Assembly: GCA_019421865.1 (NCBI GenBank)
Contig: JAHZEL010000015.1
Span: 32,892-96,891 of the forward strand
Source of the DNA: Desulfovibrionaceae bacterium
Lineage (GTDB): Bacteria; Desulfobacterota; Desulfovibrionia; Desulfovibrionales; Desulfovibrionaceae
Length of the DNA stretch: 64,000 bases
Reading direction: 5' to 3'
In this document: in pieces, positions 1-8,737 of the stretch
How positions within the stretch are numbered: the stretch's first letter is position 1
How the letters are laid out: each line of letters starts with the position of its first letter
Made by a program: the position numbers and the translations under genes
Notes under the pieces: model-generated
Database searches by the model: none
What the model was told of the DNA's origin: nothing
Seen by the model: the letters and a program-made list of their open reading frames with translations, nothing else

Positions 1-95
1 GCGTCAAGATGCCCAGCTTCTTCGGCTACATGGCATGGTCCGTCGGTATTCTCTGCCCGCTCTTCGCCCTGATCACCTTCCTGTTCTTCATGTAG
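1..95 (+). CDS. 3' end of an integral-membrane (transporter-like) protein gene; start lies upstream of the window
   Basis: Open frame from the window edge (codons from nt 3) reads ..VKMPSFFGYMAWSVGILCPLFALITFLFFM, then TAG at 93-95. The tail is hydrophobic and TM-like, and a hairpin plus T-run follows. Confidence 0.4.
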   Translation, partial: VKMPSFFGYMAWSVGILCPLFALITFLFFM

Positions 96-120
96 GCCAT
101 CAGGCTGAACGCCTTTCAAG

Positions 121-152
121 GGGTCGCGCCTTCCGGGGCGCGGCCCTTTTTT
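121..152 (+). terminator. Rho-independent terminator
   Basis: 10-bp GC-rich stem (121-130 / 137-146, one G-U), loop TTCCGG, then TTTTTT at 147-152. Confidence 0.6.
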
Positions 153-640
153 GTTCCCCGGCGCAGGGAACGTGCCCTGCTGGTAGCAGTAAAAGAAAGA
201 GAGGGAGGGAGAGAGATCCCAGCCGCGCCCAAGCGCGCATGCTCTCCTGCCCTCGATGTCGGTATCCCCGACGACATGCCTGCCCCCCATCCTCCGCAGT
301 CTCAGCAGGTTCTCCCCCTCTGTCTGCAGGCCTGTGTTCTGCCGCCCTCAAGACCAAAAGTGACGAAAAGCGGGACTACCGCGGTCATTCACTCATCATC
401 AAAACCATGACGCGCCTGTGGCAAGTCCATCCCGCAGCTGCGGCATGTTCTCTCCGATTTCTTACCGCCGGTGCCGCCTCCTCGCCCCTCCTGCTTTTCC
501 GAAGACGTGCGTCCATCCTTTTGCCGACAGGAATTCTGCAAAGGAATCCCGTCAGGACGACAAACACATAGTCCCCCGAAGCCAAGAAGCTGCCCCTTCC
601 CGACTCGAAGAAGCCCCGGCTCCGGGCGGACATGAACGCA

Positions 641-678
641 GAAAGGCCCTCTTTTCCGAAAAGAAAAGAGGGCCTTTC
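641..678 (-). terminator. Hairpin terminator downstream of yebC (possibly bidirectional)
   Basis: Near-perfect inverted repeat GAAAGGCCCTCTTTT / AAAAGAGGGCCTTTC, 25 nt after the yebC stop. Confidence 0.6.
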
Positions 679-702
679 TGAGAAATTTCCCGAACGTCGG
701 AC

Positions 703-1446
703 TTACGCTTCAGGATCGAAGTCTTCAGGGAAGTCGGCGTTGGTGTACACGTTCTGCACGTCGTCCAGCTCTTCCAGAGCATCGGTGAGACGCACCAGCT
801 TCTTGGCGGTTTCCGCGTCCACGGGAACGAGCATGCGGGGCACCATGGCAAGCTGAGCTTCCATCATTTCCACGCTCTGACCTTCCAGCGCTTCGCGCAC
901 GGTGTTGAAGTCGGACATGGAAGTACGCACTTCCCAGGTGTCGTCGTTGTCCTGCACGTCGTCGGCACCGGCTTCGAGCACCATGTTCATCACGGTTTCC
1001 TCGTCGGCATACTTTTCCTTATCCAGGGTGATGACGCCCATGCGATCGAACTGGAAGGCCACGGAGCCGCTTTCGCCCATGGTTCCGCCGTACTTGGTGA
1101 ACACGTGGCGAACTTCGGCCACGGTACGGTTCTTGTTGTCGGTAGCAGTTTCCACAATGATGGCCACGCCGCCGTTGCCGTAGCCTTCGTACATGATTTC
1201 GCTCAGATCGCCGCCCGCATCCTGACCGGTACCCTTGCGGATGGCGGCCTCGATCTTATCCTTGGGCAGGTTCACGGCCTTGGCGGCAGCAATGGCGGAA
1301 CGAAGACGGGCATTGCCGGCAGGGTCCCCACCGCTCTTGGCGGCGATGATGATTTCCTTGGCGGCCTTGGTGAATGCCTTGCCTCGCTTGGCGTCCTGAG
1401 CACCCTTGCGAAGTCTGATGTTTGCCCATTTGTTATGTCCCGACAT
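703..1446 (-). CDS. yebC: YebC/PmpR family DNA-binding transcriptional regulator
   Basis: 247-aa [30 protein letters not shown]... The N-terminal HNKW motif and the length are typical of the YebC (DUF28) family. Confidence 0.93.
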   Translation of the reverse strand: MSGHNKWANIRLRKGAQDAKRGKAFTKAAKEIIIAAKSGGDPAGNARLRSAIAAAKAVNLPKDKIEAAIRKGTGQDAGGDLSEIMYEGYGNGGVAIIVETATDNKNRTVAEVRHVFTKYGGTMGESGSVAFQFDRMGVITLDKEKYADEETVMNMVLEAGADDVQDNDDTWEVRTSMSDFNTVREALEGQSVEMMEAQLAMVPRMLVPVDAETAKKLVRLTDALEELDDVQNVYTNADFPEDFDPEA

Positions 1447-1470
1447 GTATGCCTCCGAACAAAAAAGTGT

Positions 1471-2118
1471 TTACCCCTGCTGAACAGGGCCTTTGAATCC
1501 CATGCCGACTTCAAATATTTCCTTGCTCTCGGCGCGGGAACTCTTGGGTTTGAATGTTTTTACCGTGGCGAAACGCGCACGCAGAGCCTTTGCCAGCTCC
1601 TGAAAATCAGGTCCCATGAAAATCTTGGCGATGAAGCCTCCGCCCGGCTTGAGATAGCGGTCCGCCACCTCCACGGCCTCCAGACACAGTTCCAGAGAGC
1701 GCGCCTGATCGGTGAACTTCGTTCCGGTGGTACGCGGAGCCATGTCGCTGATGACCATGTCGAAAGGCCCCTTCTCCTCGAGAAGCGCCTCGAACTCCGG
1801 CGTACGCTCGAATACGTTTTCCTGCAGGAACGTCACGTTCGAAGGAAACACCGTATCCGTGCTCTGCAGATCGCAGGAAAGCACCAGGCCCTTCTGGCCC
1901 ACACGCTCCGCGGCGTACAAAGACCAGGAGCCGGGAGCAGCGCCCAGATCAAGCACCTTCATGCCGGGCTTGAAAAGGCGGAAAGCCCTGTCCATCTCCT
2001 TCAGCTTATATACGGAGCGGGCAGGGTAATGTTCCTCTTTGGCCTTGAGAAAATAATAATCGCGATATACTTTCATGGCAGCTCGGGACTGTGTATCGTA
2101 TTTCCTGACGATCGCCAA
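1471..2118 (-). CDS. rlmE: 23S rRNA (uridine-2'-O)-methyltransferase RlmE/FtsJ
   Basis: AdoMet motif VLDLGAAPGSWS and N-terminal ..RSVYKLKEMD.. as in RlmE. The ORF-track start at 2118 is TTG; an alternative ATG lies at 2076. Confidence 0.88.
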   Translation of the reverse strand: MAIVRKYDTQSRAAMKVYRDYYFLKAKEEHYPARSVYKLKEMDRAFRLFKPGMKVLDLGAAPGSWSLYAAERVGQKGLVLSCDLQSTDTVFPSNVTFLQENVFERTPEFEALLEEKGPFDMVISDMAPRTTGTKFTDQARSLELCLEAVEVADRYLKPGGGFIAKIFMGPDFQELAKALRARFATVKTFKPKSSRAESKEIFEVGMGFKGPVQQG

Positions 2119-2372
2119 GAGAAATTCAGGCGGGAATTTTTTGCGGGAAATTTTATATCACAAACCTTTTTACTTTTCCAGTCATTAATAGGGAGATTCC
2201 CCGGGCGCCCGAACGCCACCCTTCCTTTCTCATCGTCAGGCCGGATTTTCCCTCTCTGCCTGCTTCCCCCTGAAATTTGAACTTGACTTCTTATCAAGAA
2301 TAATTATTATTTATTCGCCGTCGGGAGGAAGACTCCCGACAACTTAACGCCACTATCATCAGGAGAACCATC

Positions 2373-2759
2373 ATGCCTGCAAGATTTGAAGTATATCAGT
2401 GCAAACATTGCGGAAATATTGTTGAAGTGCTGCACGGCGGCGCTGCTCCCCTCGTCTGCTGCGGCGAGCCCATGAAGCTCCTGCGCGAAGGCTCCACCGA
2501 CGGCGCGAGCGAAAAGCACGTTCCCGTCATTGAAAAGACCGAAAACGGCTACAAGGTGAAGGTCGGCTCCGCCGCCCATCCCATGGCCGAAGACCATTAC
2601 ATCGAATGGATCGAACTGCTGGCCGACGGCGTTTCCCACATCGCCTTCCTCAACCCCGGCGATGCTCCCGAAGCTGAATTCTGCGTGAAGGCCGACAAGG
2701 TTACCGCCCGCGAATTCTGCAACAAGCACGGCCTGTGGAAGGCCGAATTCCAGGGCTAG
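2373..2759 (+). CDS. dfx: Desulfoferrodoxin (2Fe superoxide reductase)
   Basis: 128 aa. N-terminal desulforedoxin-type Cys cluster ([10 protein letters not shown]...LVCCGEPM) plus a C-terminal SOR domain ([14 protein letters not shown]). Confidence 0.95.
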   Translation: MPARFEVYQCKHCGNIVEVLHGGAAPLVCCGEPMKLLREGSTDGASEKHVPVIEKTENGYKVKVGSAAHPMAEDHYIEWIELLADGVSHIAFLNPGDAPEAEFCVKADKVTAREFCNKHGLWKAEFQG

Positions 2760-2761
2760 TC

Positions 2762-3115
2762 ATGAAGAAGTACGTCTGCAACGTCTGCGGTTACGAATAC
2801 GATCCCGCCAAGGGTGATCCCGATTCCGGCATCGCTCCCGGCACCGCCTTTGAAGACATCCCCGAAGACTGGGTCTGCCCCGTCTGCGGCGCTTCCAAGG
2901 CCGACTTCGAGGCCGTTGAGGAAGAAGCCCCCAAGGGTGAAAGCGATATGGCCATGTGGCAGTGCCAGGTAGGCAACTGCGGCTATATCTACCGTCCGGA
3001 AAAGGGCGACCGCAAGGGCAAGATTCCCGCCGGAACCGCCTTCGAGGACCTGCCCGACGACTGGCACTGCCCCGTCTGCGGCGCAAGCAAAAAAATGTTC
3101 AAGAAGCTCGCCTAG
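2762..3115 (+). CDS. Two-domain rubredoxin: canonical rubredoxin fused to an Rdl-like (CX4C) rubredoxin domain
   Basis: 117 aa from ATG 2762. Domain 1 is CNVCGY...CPVCGA. A linker [13 protein letters not shown] follows. Domain 2 is [15 protein letters not shown]...CPVCGA. Confidence 0.85.
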   Translation: MKKYVCNVCGYEYDPAKGDPDSGIAPGTAFEDIPEDWVCPVCGASKADFEAVEEEAPKGESDMAMWQCQVGNCGYIYRPEKGDRKGKIPAGTAFEDLPDDWHCPVCGASKKMFKKLA

Positions 3116-3133
3116 CGGGCGGAGAGAAAACAC

Positions 3134-3319
3134 ATGGTCCACTGCAAGACTTCCGCGTCTTCCTGCTCCGAACAGATCATGCTCGGAACCGGAGTGAAAT
3201 TCGAACGCATACGCCGCATCACCGGCTATCTTGTAGGAACGCTCGACCGCTTCAACGACGGCAAGCGCGCGGAAGAACACGACCGGGTCAAACACTGCAA
3301 CATGGAAAACTGGCGCTGA
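3134..3319 (+). CDS. Stand-alone NrdD C-terminal glycyl-radical-domain-like small protein
   Basis: 61-aa ORF with SD GGAGAG about 7 nt upstream. Residues 24-54 (ERIRRITGYLVGTLDRFNDGKRAEEHDRVKH) resemble the extreme C-terminus of class III RNR NrdD (RRVCGYLG...FNAGKQEE..RRVKH, from memory). Confidence 0.6.
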   Translation: MVHCKTSASSCSEQIMLGTGVKFERIRRITGYLVGTLDRFNDGKRAEEHDRVKHCNMENWR

Positions 3320-3343
3320 GCCGCTTCCCAAGGAGACCATCTC

Positions 3344-3502
3344 ATGGAAAAGTACATCTGCAACGTCTGCGGTTACGAATATGATCCCGCCAAGGGCGAC
3401 CCCGATTCCGGCATCGCTCCCGGCACCGCCTTTGAAGACATCCCCGAAGACTGGGTCTGCCCCGTCTGCGGCGCTTCCAAGGCCGACTTTGAAGCCGCGT
3501 AA
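3344..3502 (+). CDS. rub: Rubredoxin (52 aa; below the ORF-track length cutoff)
   Basis: ATG 3344 to TAA 3500-3502 encodes [52 protein letters not shown], with SD AAGGAG upstream. Near-identical in nucleotide sequence to 2762-2920. Confidence 0.9.
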   Translation: MEKYICNVCGYEYDPAKGDPDSGIAPGTAFEDIPEDWVCPVCGASKADFEAA

Positions 3503-3520
3503 GAAAAGACAAGCGTAGTC

Positions 3521-3557
3521 GCGGGCAGCCTTCTTCGGAAGGCTTCCCGCTTTTTTT
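3521..3557 (+). terminator. Rho-independent terminator after rub
   Basis: Stem GCGGGCAGCCTTC / GAAGGCTTCCCGC with loop TTCG, followed by TTTTTTT. Confidence 0.7.
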
Positions 3558-3579
3558 GTTTTACCCCGCCGAGGAAATC

Positions 3580-4788
3580 ATGAGACCTGTTGAACTGAAA
3601 AAGGACATCTACTGGGTCGGATCCGTCGACTTCGACATCCGCAACTTCCATCACTACAGCCGCTCTCCCGAGGGCAGCACCTACAACGCCTATCTCGTGT
3701 GCGACGAGAAGAAGGTGCTTTTCGATACCGTGAACGCCCACAGCTTCGACGAGCTGGTGAAGCACATTTCCGAAATCACCGATCCGGAAAGCATCGACTA
3801 CATCGTGTGCAACCATCTCGAACAGGATCATTCCGGCGCTCTTCCCCGCATCGTGAAGCTGTGCAAGCCCGAAAAGATCTTCTGCTCCCCCATGGGCTAC
3901 AAGTCCATGACCAACATTTATAATACCGAAGGATGGCCCATCGAGATCGTCAAGGACGGCGACCGCCTGAACATCGGCAAGCGCAACATCACCTTCCTTG
4001 AAACCCGCATGCTGCACTGGCCCGACAGCATGGTCTCCTACCTGGAAGAAGACCGCGTGCTCTTCAGCAACGACGCCTTCGGTCAGAACATCGCCAGCTC
4101 CTTCCGCTTCGCCGACGAGTGCGACCGCACCACGCTTTATGACTCCATGAAGCGCTACTACTACAACATCGTGCTGCCCTACTCTCCGCAGGTGCTCAAG
4201 ACTCTGAAGCGTGTGACCGATCTCGGCCTCGTCTTCGACGTCATCGCTCCCGACCACGGCCTCATCTTCCGCACGCCCGAAGACGTGAAGTTCGTCATCG
4301 ACTCCTATCAGGCCTTTGCCGAACAGAAGCCTCAGCTGCGTGCCGTGATCGCCTATGAAAGCATGTGGAACGGCACGGCCAAGATGGCCGAAGCCGTGGC
4401 CGACGGTCTGGAAGCCGAAAACGTGCCCTACGTGCTCGTGAACCTGCAGAACAGCCACTGCAGCGACGTGATGACCGAACTTGCTGACAGCGGCGCGCTC
4501 ATTCTCGGTTCCGCCACGCGCAACAACATGCCCATGGTGAACATGATGGCCTGCCTCGCTCATGTGAAGGGACTGCGTCCGCAGAACCTCGTGGGCGCCA
4601 CCTTCGGCACCTACGGCTGGTCCGGCGAAGCCCCCAAGATGATGGCCGACGCCCTTGCCGAAATGAAGGTCGAACTCGTGGGCGAACCGCTCAAGTGCTA
4701 TTTCAATCCCAAGAAGGAAGACCTTGAGAAGTGCCGCGAACTCGGCGCCGCCGTGGCCCGCACCCTCAAGGAAAAGTGCGGAGCCTAA
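3580..4788 (+). CDS. roo: Rubredoxin:oxygen oxidoreductase (class A flavodiiron protein)
   Basis: 402 aa from ATG 3580 (SD GAGGAA). MBL-like di-iron motif HLEQDHSG and a flavodoxin-like C-terminal half. Sits next to rubredoxin as in the known rbo-rub-roo arrangement. Confidence 0.9.
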   Translation: MRPVELKKDIYWVGSVDFDIRNFHHYSRSPEGSTYNAYLVCDEKKVLFDTVNAHSFDELVKHISEITDPESIDYIVCNHLEQDHSGALPRIVKLCKPEKIFCSPMGYKSMTNIYNTEGWPIEIVKDGDRLNIGKRNITFLETRMLHWPDSMVSYLEEDRVLFSNDAFGQNIASSFRFADECDRTTLYDSMKRYYYNIVLPYSPQVLKTLKRVTDLGLVFDVIAPDHGLIFRTPEDVKFVIDSYQAFAEQKPQLRAVIAYESMWNGTAKMAEAVADGLEAENVPYVLVNLQNSHCSDVMTELADSGALILGSATRNNMPMVNMMACLAHVKGLRPQNLVGATFGTYGWSGEAPKMMADALAEMKVELVGEPLKCYFNPKKEDLEKCRELGAAVARTLKEKCGA

Positions 4789-4908
4789 TCTCCGGATCTT
4801 CTAACGTCCGGCGGGCGTCTCCCCTGAGAGGCGCCCTGCCGGGCGACATGGCCGATTACGGCAGAGACTCGTCCCTTCGACGCACAGACGAGCACCAAGG
4901 AGCTATCT

Positions 4909-6231
4909 ATGGATCTCATCCTCCTCTCCCGCCTTCAGTTCGCCATGACCGTCTTCTTCCACTTCATCTTCGTGCCGCTCACGCTGGGCCTTTCCGTGCT
5001 GCTCGCCATCATGGAAACCCTCTATGTGCGCACGGGAGATGAAGACTACAAGAGGATGGTCAAATTCTGGGGCAAACTCTTCCTCATCAACTTCGTGCTT
5101 GGCGTGGTGACGGGCATCACGCTCGAATTCCAGTTCGGCACCAACTGGTCCCGCTATTCCTCCTACGTCGGCGACATTTTCGGCTCTCTGCTGGCCATTG
5201 AAGCCACCGTGGCCTTCTTCCTCGAATCCACGTTCGTGGCCGTGTGGACCTTCGGCTGGGAACGCGTGAGCAAGAAGGTGCACTGCTTCGCCATCTGGAT
5301 GGTGGCCATTGCCGGCAACATTTCCGCGCTGTGGATCATCCTTGCCAACGGCTTCATGCAGCATCCCGTAGGCTACGTCATCCGCAACGGACGCGCGGAA
5401 CTCGACGACTTCTTCGCCGTGGTCACCAACCCCTATGCCTGGGGAGAATATTTCCACACCGTTTCCTCCGCCTGGATGCTGGGCGGCTTCTTCGTGCTGG
5501 GCGTGGCCGCATGGCACCTTGCCCGCAAGAATGAAGTCTCCCTGTTCACCAAGGCCGTGCGCGTCGCCGCGCCCTTCACGCTCATCATGGCTCTGCTCGT
5601 CGGCCTTGCCGGTCATCAGCAGGGCATGAACGTGGCCGAATACCAGCCCGCCAAGATGGCGGCCATGGAATCCCACTGGACCACCCAGACCAGAGCTCCC
5701 ATGTATCTCCTGGCCTGGCCCGATCAGGAAAACGGCCGCAATGCCATTGAAGCTCTGCCCATTCCCGGCCTCATGAGCTTCATCGCCTTCAACGACATCA
5801 ACGCCGAGGTCAAGGGTCTCAGCGACTTCGCGCCCGAAGACATTCCTCCGGTTCTGCCCACCTTCCTGTCCTTCCGCCTCATGGTGGCCCTGGGCTGCCT
5901 GTTCATCGCCGTGGCCGCCTGGGCCTGGTGGCGCCGCAAGGACATCGCCGCCGACACCCGTCTGGCGAAGATCCTGCCCTGGATGATTCCGCTGCCCTAC
6001 ATCACCATCATGCTCGGCTGGACCGTGGCGGAAATGGGTCGCCAGCCCTGGATCGTCTACAACCTCATGCGCACTTCGGACGCCGTTTCCCCCGTGCCCA
6101 CGAGTTCCGTTCTGATTTCCGTCCTCGCCTTCCTTGTCATCTACACGCTGCTCGGACTCATCGACATCTGGCTGCTGTATACCAACTCCCGCAAGGGGCC
6201 CGAACCTGTCAAAGCCGCTGAGGAGGCGTAA
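4909..6231 (+). CDS. cydA: Cytochrome bd-type quinol oxidase subunit I
   Basis: 440-aa polytopic ORF MDLILLSRLQFAMTVFFHFIFVPLTLG... with a typical CydA N-terminus. Confidence 0.93.
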   Translation: MDLILLSRLQFAMTVFFHFIFVPLTLGLSVLLAIMETLYVRTGDEDYKRMVKFWGKLFLINFVLGVVTGITLEFQFGTNWSRYSSYVGDIFGSLLAIEATVAFFLESTFVAVWTFGWERVSKKVHCFAIWMVAIAGNISALWIILANGFMQHPVGYVIRNGRAELDDFFAVVTNPYAWGEYFHTVSSAWMLGGFFVLGVAAWHLARKNEVSLFTKAVRVAAPFTLIMALLVGLAGHQQGMNVAEYQPAKMAAMESHWTTQTRAPMYLLAWPDQENGRNAIEALPIPGLMSFIAFNDINAEVKGLSDFAPEDIPPVLPTFLSFRLMVALGCLFIAVAAWAWWRRKDIAADTRLAKILPWMIPLPYITIMLGWTVAEMGRQPWIVYNLMRTSDAVSPVPTSSVLISVLAFLVIYTLLGLIDIWLLYTNSRKGPEPVKAAEEA

Positions 6232-7251
6232 ATGGAAACGATCTGGTTCTTCCTCTGGACGCTTTTGTGGGCCGTGTACTTCATTCTCGACGGCTTCGAC
6301 CTCGGCATGGGCACCCTCATGCCCTTCGTGGCCTCCAACGACCATGAACGCCGCGTCATATACAACGCCCAGGGCCCCTACTGGGACGGCAACGAAGTAT
6401 GGCTCATCACGGCCGGCGGCGTGACCTTCGCCGCCTTCCCCAACGCCTATGCCGTCATGTTCAGCGCCCTGTACGCGCCCCTGCTCATCCTGCTCTTCTG
6501 CCTGATCTTCCGCGCCGTGGCCTTCGAGTTCCGCGGCAAGGGCGATTCCTGCACCTGGATCTTCAGCTGGGACGTATGCATGACCCTCGGCAGCTTCCTG
6601 CCCGCTCTTCTGCTCGGCGTGGCCTTCGCCAACCTCTTCATGGGCATCCCCATTGATGCGGACGGCGTGTACCACGGCAACATTCTGAAGCTCCTCAACC
6701 CCTACGGTCTCGCCGGCGGCGTGCTCTTCGTGATCATGTTCTGCTACCACGGCGCCCTCTGGCTGGAGCTGAAGTCCGAAGGCAACCTGCAGGCCAAGGC
6801 CTTCCGCGCCGCCCGTGCGCTCTGGCCCGTGCTGCTGTCCCTCGTGCTGCTCTTCCTCGCCCTGACCGCCCACTACACCGAAAGCTTCGAGCGCCTCGCC
6901 CAGCATCCCGCTGCCTACGCCGCGCTTGCTCTTGCCGTCATCGGTCTTGTGGCCAGCCGTCTCGCCATCTGCAGCAGCACGCTCGTCGCCTGGCTGTGCA
7001 GCGCCCTGTTCATTCTCGGCCTCACCTTCTTCGGCGTGTTCGGCATGTATCCCGGCATCATTCTTTCCAGCATTGATCCGGCCTACAGCATCACCGTGTT
7101 CAACGCCGCCTCCAGCCCCCTCACCCTGAAGATCATGCTCACCGTCACGCTCTGCGCCGTGCCCGTGGTTCTGCTCTATCAGGCCTGGGTTTACTGGACC
7201 TTCGCCCATAAGGTGACGAAGGAAGTGCTCAAGGACGAACACTCCTACTAA
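6232..7251 (+). CDS. cydB: Cytochrome bd-type quinol oxidase subunit II
   Basis: 339 aa. Its ATG directly abuts the cydA stop (TAAATG). Polytopic, with FILDGFDLG near the N-terminus. Confidence 0.92.
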   Translation: METIWFFLWTLLWAVYFILDGFDLGMGTLMPFVASNDHERRVIYNAQGPYWDGNEVWLITAGGVTFAAFPNAYAVMFSALYAPLLILLFCLIFRAVAFEFRGKGDSCTWIFSWDVCMTLGSFLPALLLGVAFANLFMGIPIDADGVYHGNILKLLNPYGLAGGVLFVIMFCYHGALWLELKSEGNLQAKAFRAARALWPVLLSLVLLFLALTAHYTESFERLAQHPAAYAALALAVIGLVASRLAICSSTLVAWLCSALFILGLTFFGVFGMYPGIILSSIDPAYSITVFNAASSPLTLKIMLTVTLCAVPVVLLYQAWVYWTFAHKVTKEVLKDEHSY

Positions 7252-7272
7252 TCGACCCTATCCGCCTCTTTG

Positions 7273-7314
7273 AAGGCCTGCGCGAGGCAGAACGCCACGC
7301 GCAGGCCTTTTTTT
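7273..7314 (+). terminator. Rho-independent terminator after cydB
   Basis: 12-bp stem AAGGCCTGCGCG / CGCGCAGGCCTT followed by a T-run. Confidence 0.7.
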
Positions 7315-7509
7315 GCGTCTTGTTTCCTCCGCTTCCCGCCGCCAGCGCAACAGCTCCGCCTTCGGCATACGGCGGCAGACAAAGCCGGATCCGCCATAAA
7401 AAAATAAAGGAATCCGCACTCTCCCCGTTTCCGGCCTTGCCAAGTCGGAACAAAAGGTTATCGTATAAGGAAACAGCCCTTCCGGCACTCCATGCAAAAC
7501 GAGGACACC

Positions 7510-7821
7510 ATGCCGCCATCCAGTGAAGACGCGCCCAGGCCGAACCTTCAGGTCGCCGCCAGAGTGGAGGAGCTTCTGCGGGAACAGCTTGAAGAAATGG
7601 GAGTGAATCCCCGCAAGCTCGCCCCCGAAGAAATCGCCGCCAACATGACCTGTCATATCGCGCCCGACAACAGTATGACCTACCTGTGGAAAAACGAGCC
7701 GATTCTCCACGTCACGCCCGAAAAACGCGAGCACGACGGAGAATCCTCCGTGCTCTGGCGCATGTTCACCAGAGACGATATGCCCTCCGACACCTCCGAG
7801 GTATCCCATGAACATTCTTGA
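7510..7821 (+). CDS. Hypothetical acidic protein
   Basis: ORF overlaps the cysK start by 14 nt. ATG 7510 has a GAGGA SD (the ORF-track ATG is 7492). No recognisable motif. Confidence 0.4.
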   Translation: MPPSSEDAPRPNLQVAARVEELLREQLEEMGVNPRKLAPEEIAANMTCHIAPDNSMTYLWKNEPILHVTPEKREHDGESSVLWRMFTRDDMPSDTSEVSHEHS

Positions 7822-8731
7822 AACCATAGGACACACGCCGCTTATTTTTCTGGATACCCTTTCCGCAGACCTGCCGGCGAAGATTCATGTCAAATATGAA
7901 GCCCGCAATCCCGGCGGCTCCATCAAGGACAGAGCGGCATACGGCTACATCAGCGCGGCTCTTGAAAGCGGCGCTCTTGCGCCCGGAGGCACCGTTGTGG
8001 AAGCCACCAGCGGCAACCTCGGCATCGGCCTTGCCGTGATCTGCGCCAAGAAGGGACTCAGACTCATGCTGGCCATTCCCGCCTCCGCCAGCCAGGAACG
8101 CATCGCGCTTTTGCGCGCTCTCGGCGCAGAAGTGCTGCTCACGCCTGCGGCACGCGGCATGCAGGGCGCCCAGGACAAGGTCGACGAGCTTCTGCGCACC
8201 CTTCCCGGCGCATTCCGTCCCGATCAGTTCGGGAATCCCGTAGGTCCGCAGGTGCACTACGAAACGACCGGCGCGGAAATTCTGGAAGACTGCCGGAAGG
8301 AAGGCTTTGCTCCGGCCGCATTCGTGGCGGGCGTAGGTTCCGGCGCCACGCTCATGGGCGTGAGCCGCAGACTCAAGGAAGCCGATCCTTCCATCCGCTG
8401 CTTTGCCGTGGAGCCTGAGGAATCTCCCGTGCTCTCCAAGGGCCGCAGCGGTGCCCACGGCATACAGGGCATCGGGGCGAACTTCGTTCCTTCCGTCTTC
8501 GACCGCGACATCATCGACGGCATTCTCACGGTCAGCACCGAAGAAGCCATGAAAACGGCCCGCGACCTCATGGCCAGAGAAGCCATGAGCTGCGGCATCA
8601 CTTCCGGCGCCAACGTGAAGGCCGCCGTGATGCTGGCCATGCAGCCGGAATTTGCGGGCAAACACATCGTCACCGTCGCGCCCGACACCGGCGAGCGCTA
8701 TCTTTCCACTCCTCTCTTTTCCAAGGACTGA
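7808..8731 (+). CDS. cysK: Cysteine synthase A (O-acetylserine sulfhydrylase)
   Basis: 307 aa. PLP-lysine motif NPGGSIKDR, SGNLGIGLA and the overall CysK pattern. Confidence 0.95.
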   Translation: MNILETIGHTPLIFLDTLSADLPAKIHVKYEARNPGGSIKDRAAYGYISAALESGALAPGGTVVEATSGNLGIGLAVICAKKGLRLMLAIPASASQERIALLRALGAEVLLTPAARGMQGAQDKVDELLRTLPGAFRPDQFGNPVGPQVHYETTGAEILEDCRKEGFAPAAFVAGVGSGATLMGVSRRLKEADPSIRCFAVEPEESPVLSKGRSGAHGIQGIGANFVPSVFDRDIIDGILTVSTEEAMKTARDLMAREAMSCGITSGANVKAAVMLAMQPEFAGKHIVTVAPDTGERYLSTPLFSKD

Positions 8732-8737
8732 TCTTCC

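Noticed and set aside
96-640. A gap of about 540 nt of normal-GC sequence with no accepted gene (ORFs 35..571+, 385..633-, 418..681+).
   Set aside because: The translations are R/P/S-rich with no SD or motif. I could not identify a ncRNA fold by eye. It is left unannotated, not called as a gene. An Rfam or BLASTX check would be the decisive test.
4903-7242. 779-aa ORF on the minus strand.
   Set aside because: It lies exactly antisense to cydA-cydB. The composition is low-complexity G/E/H/A-rich with no motifs. This is a typical shadow ORF of a high-GC coding region.
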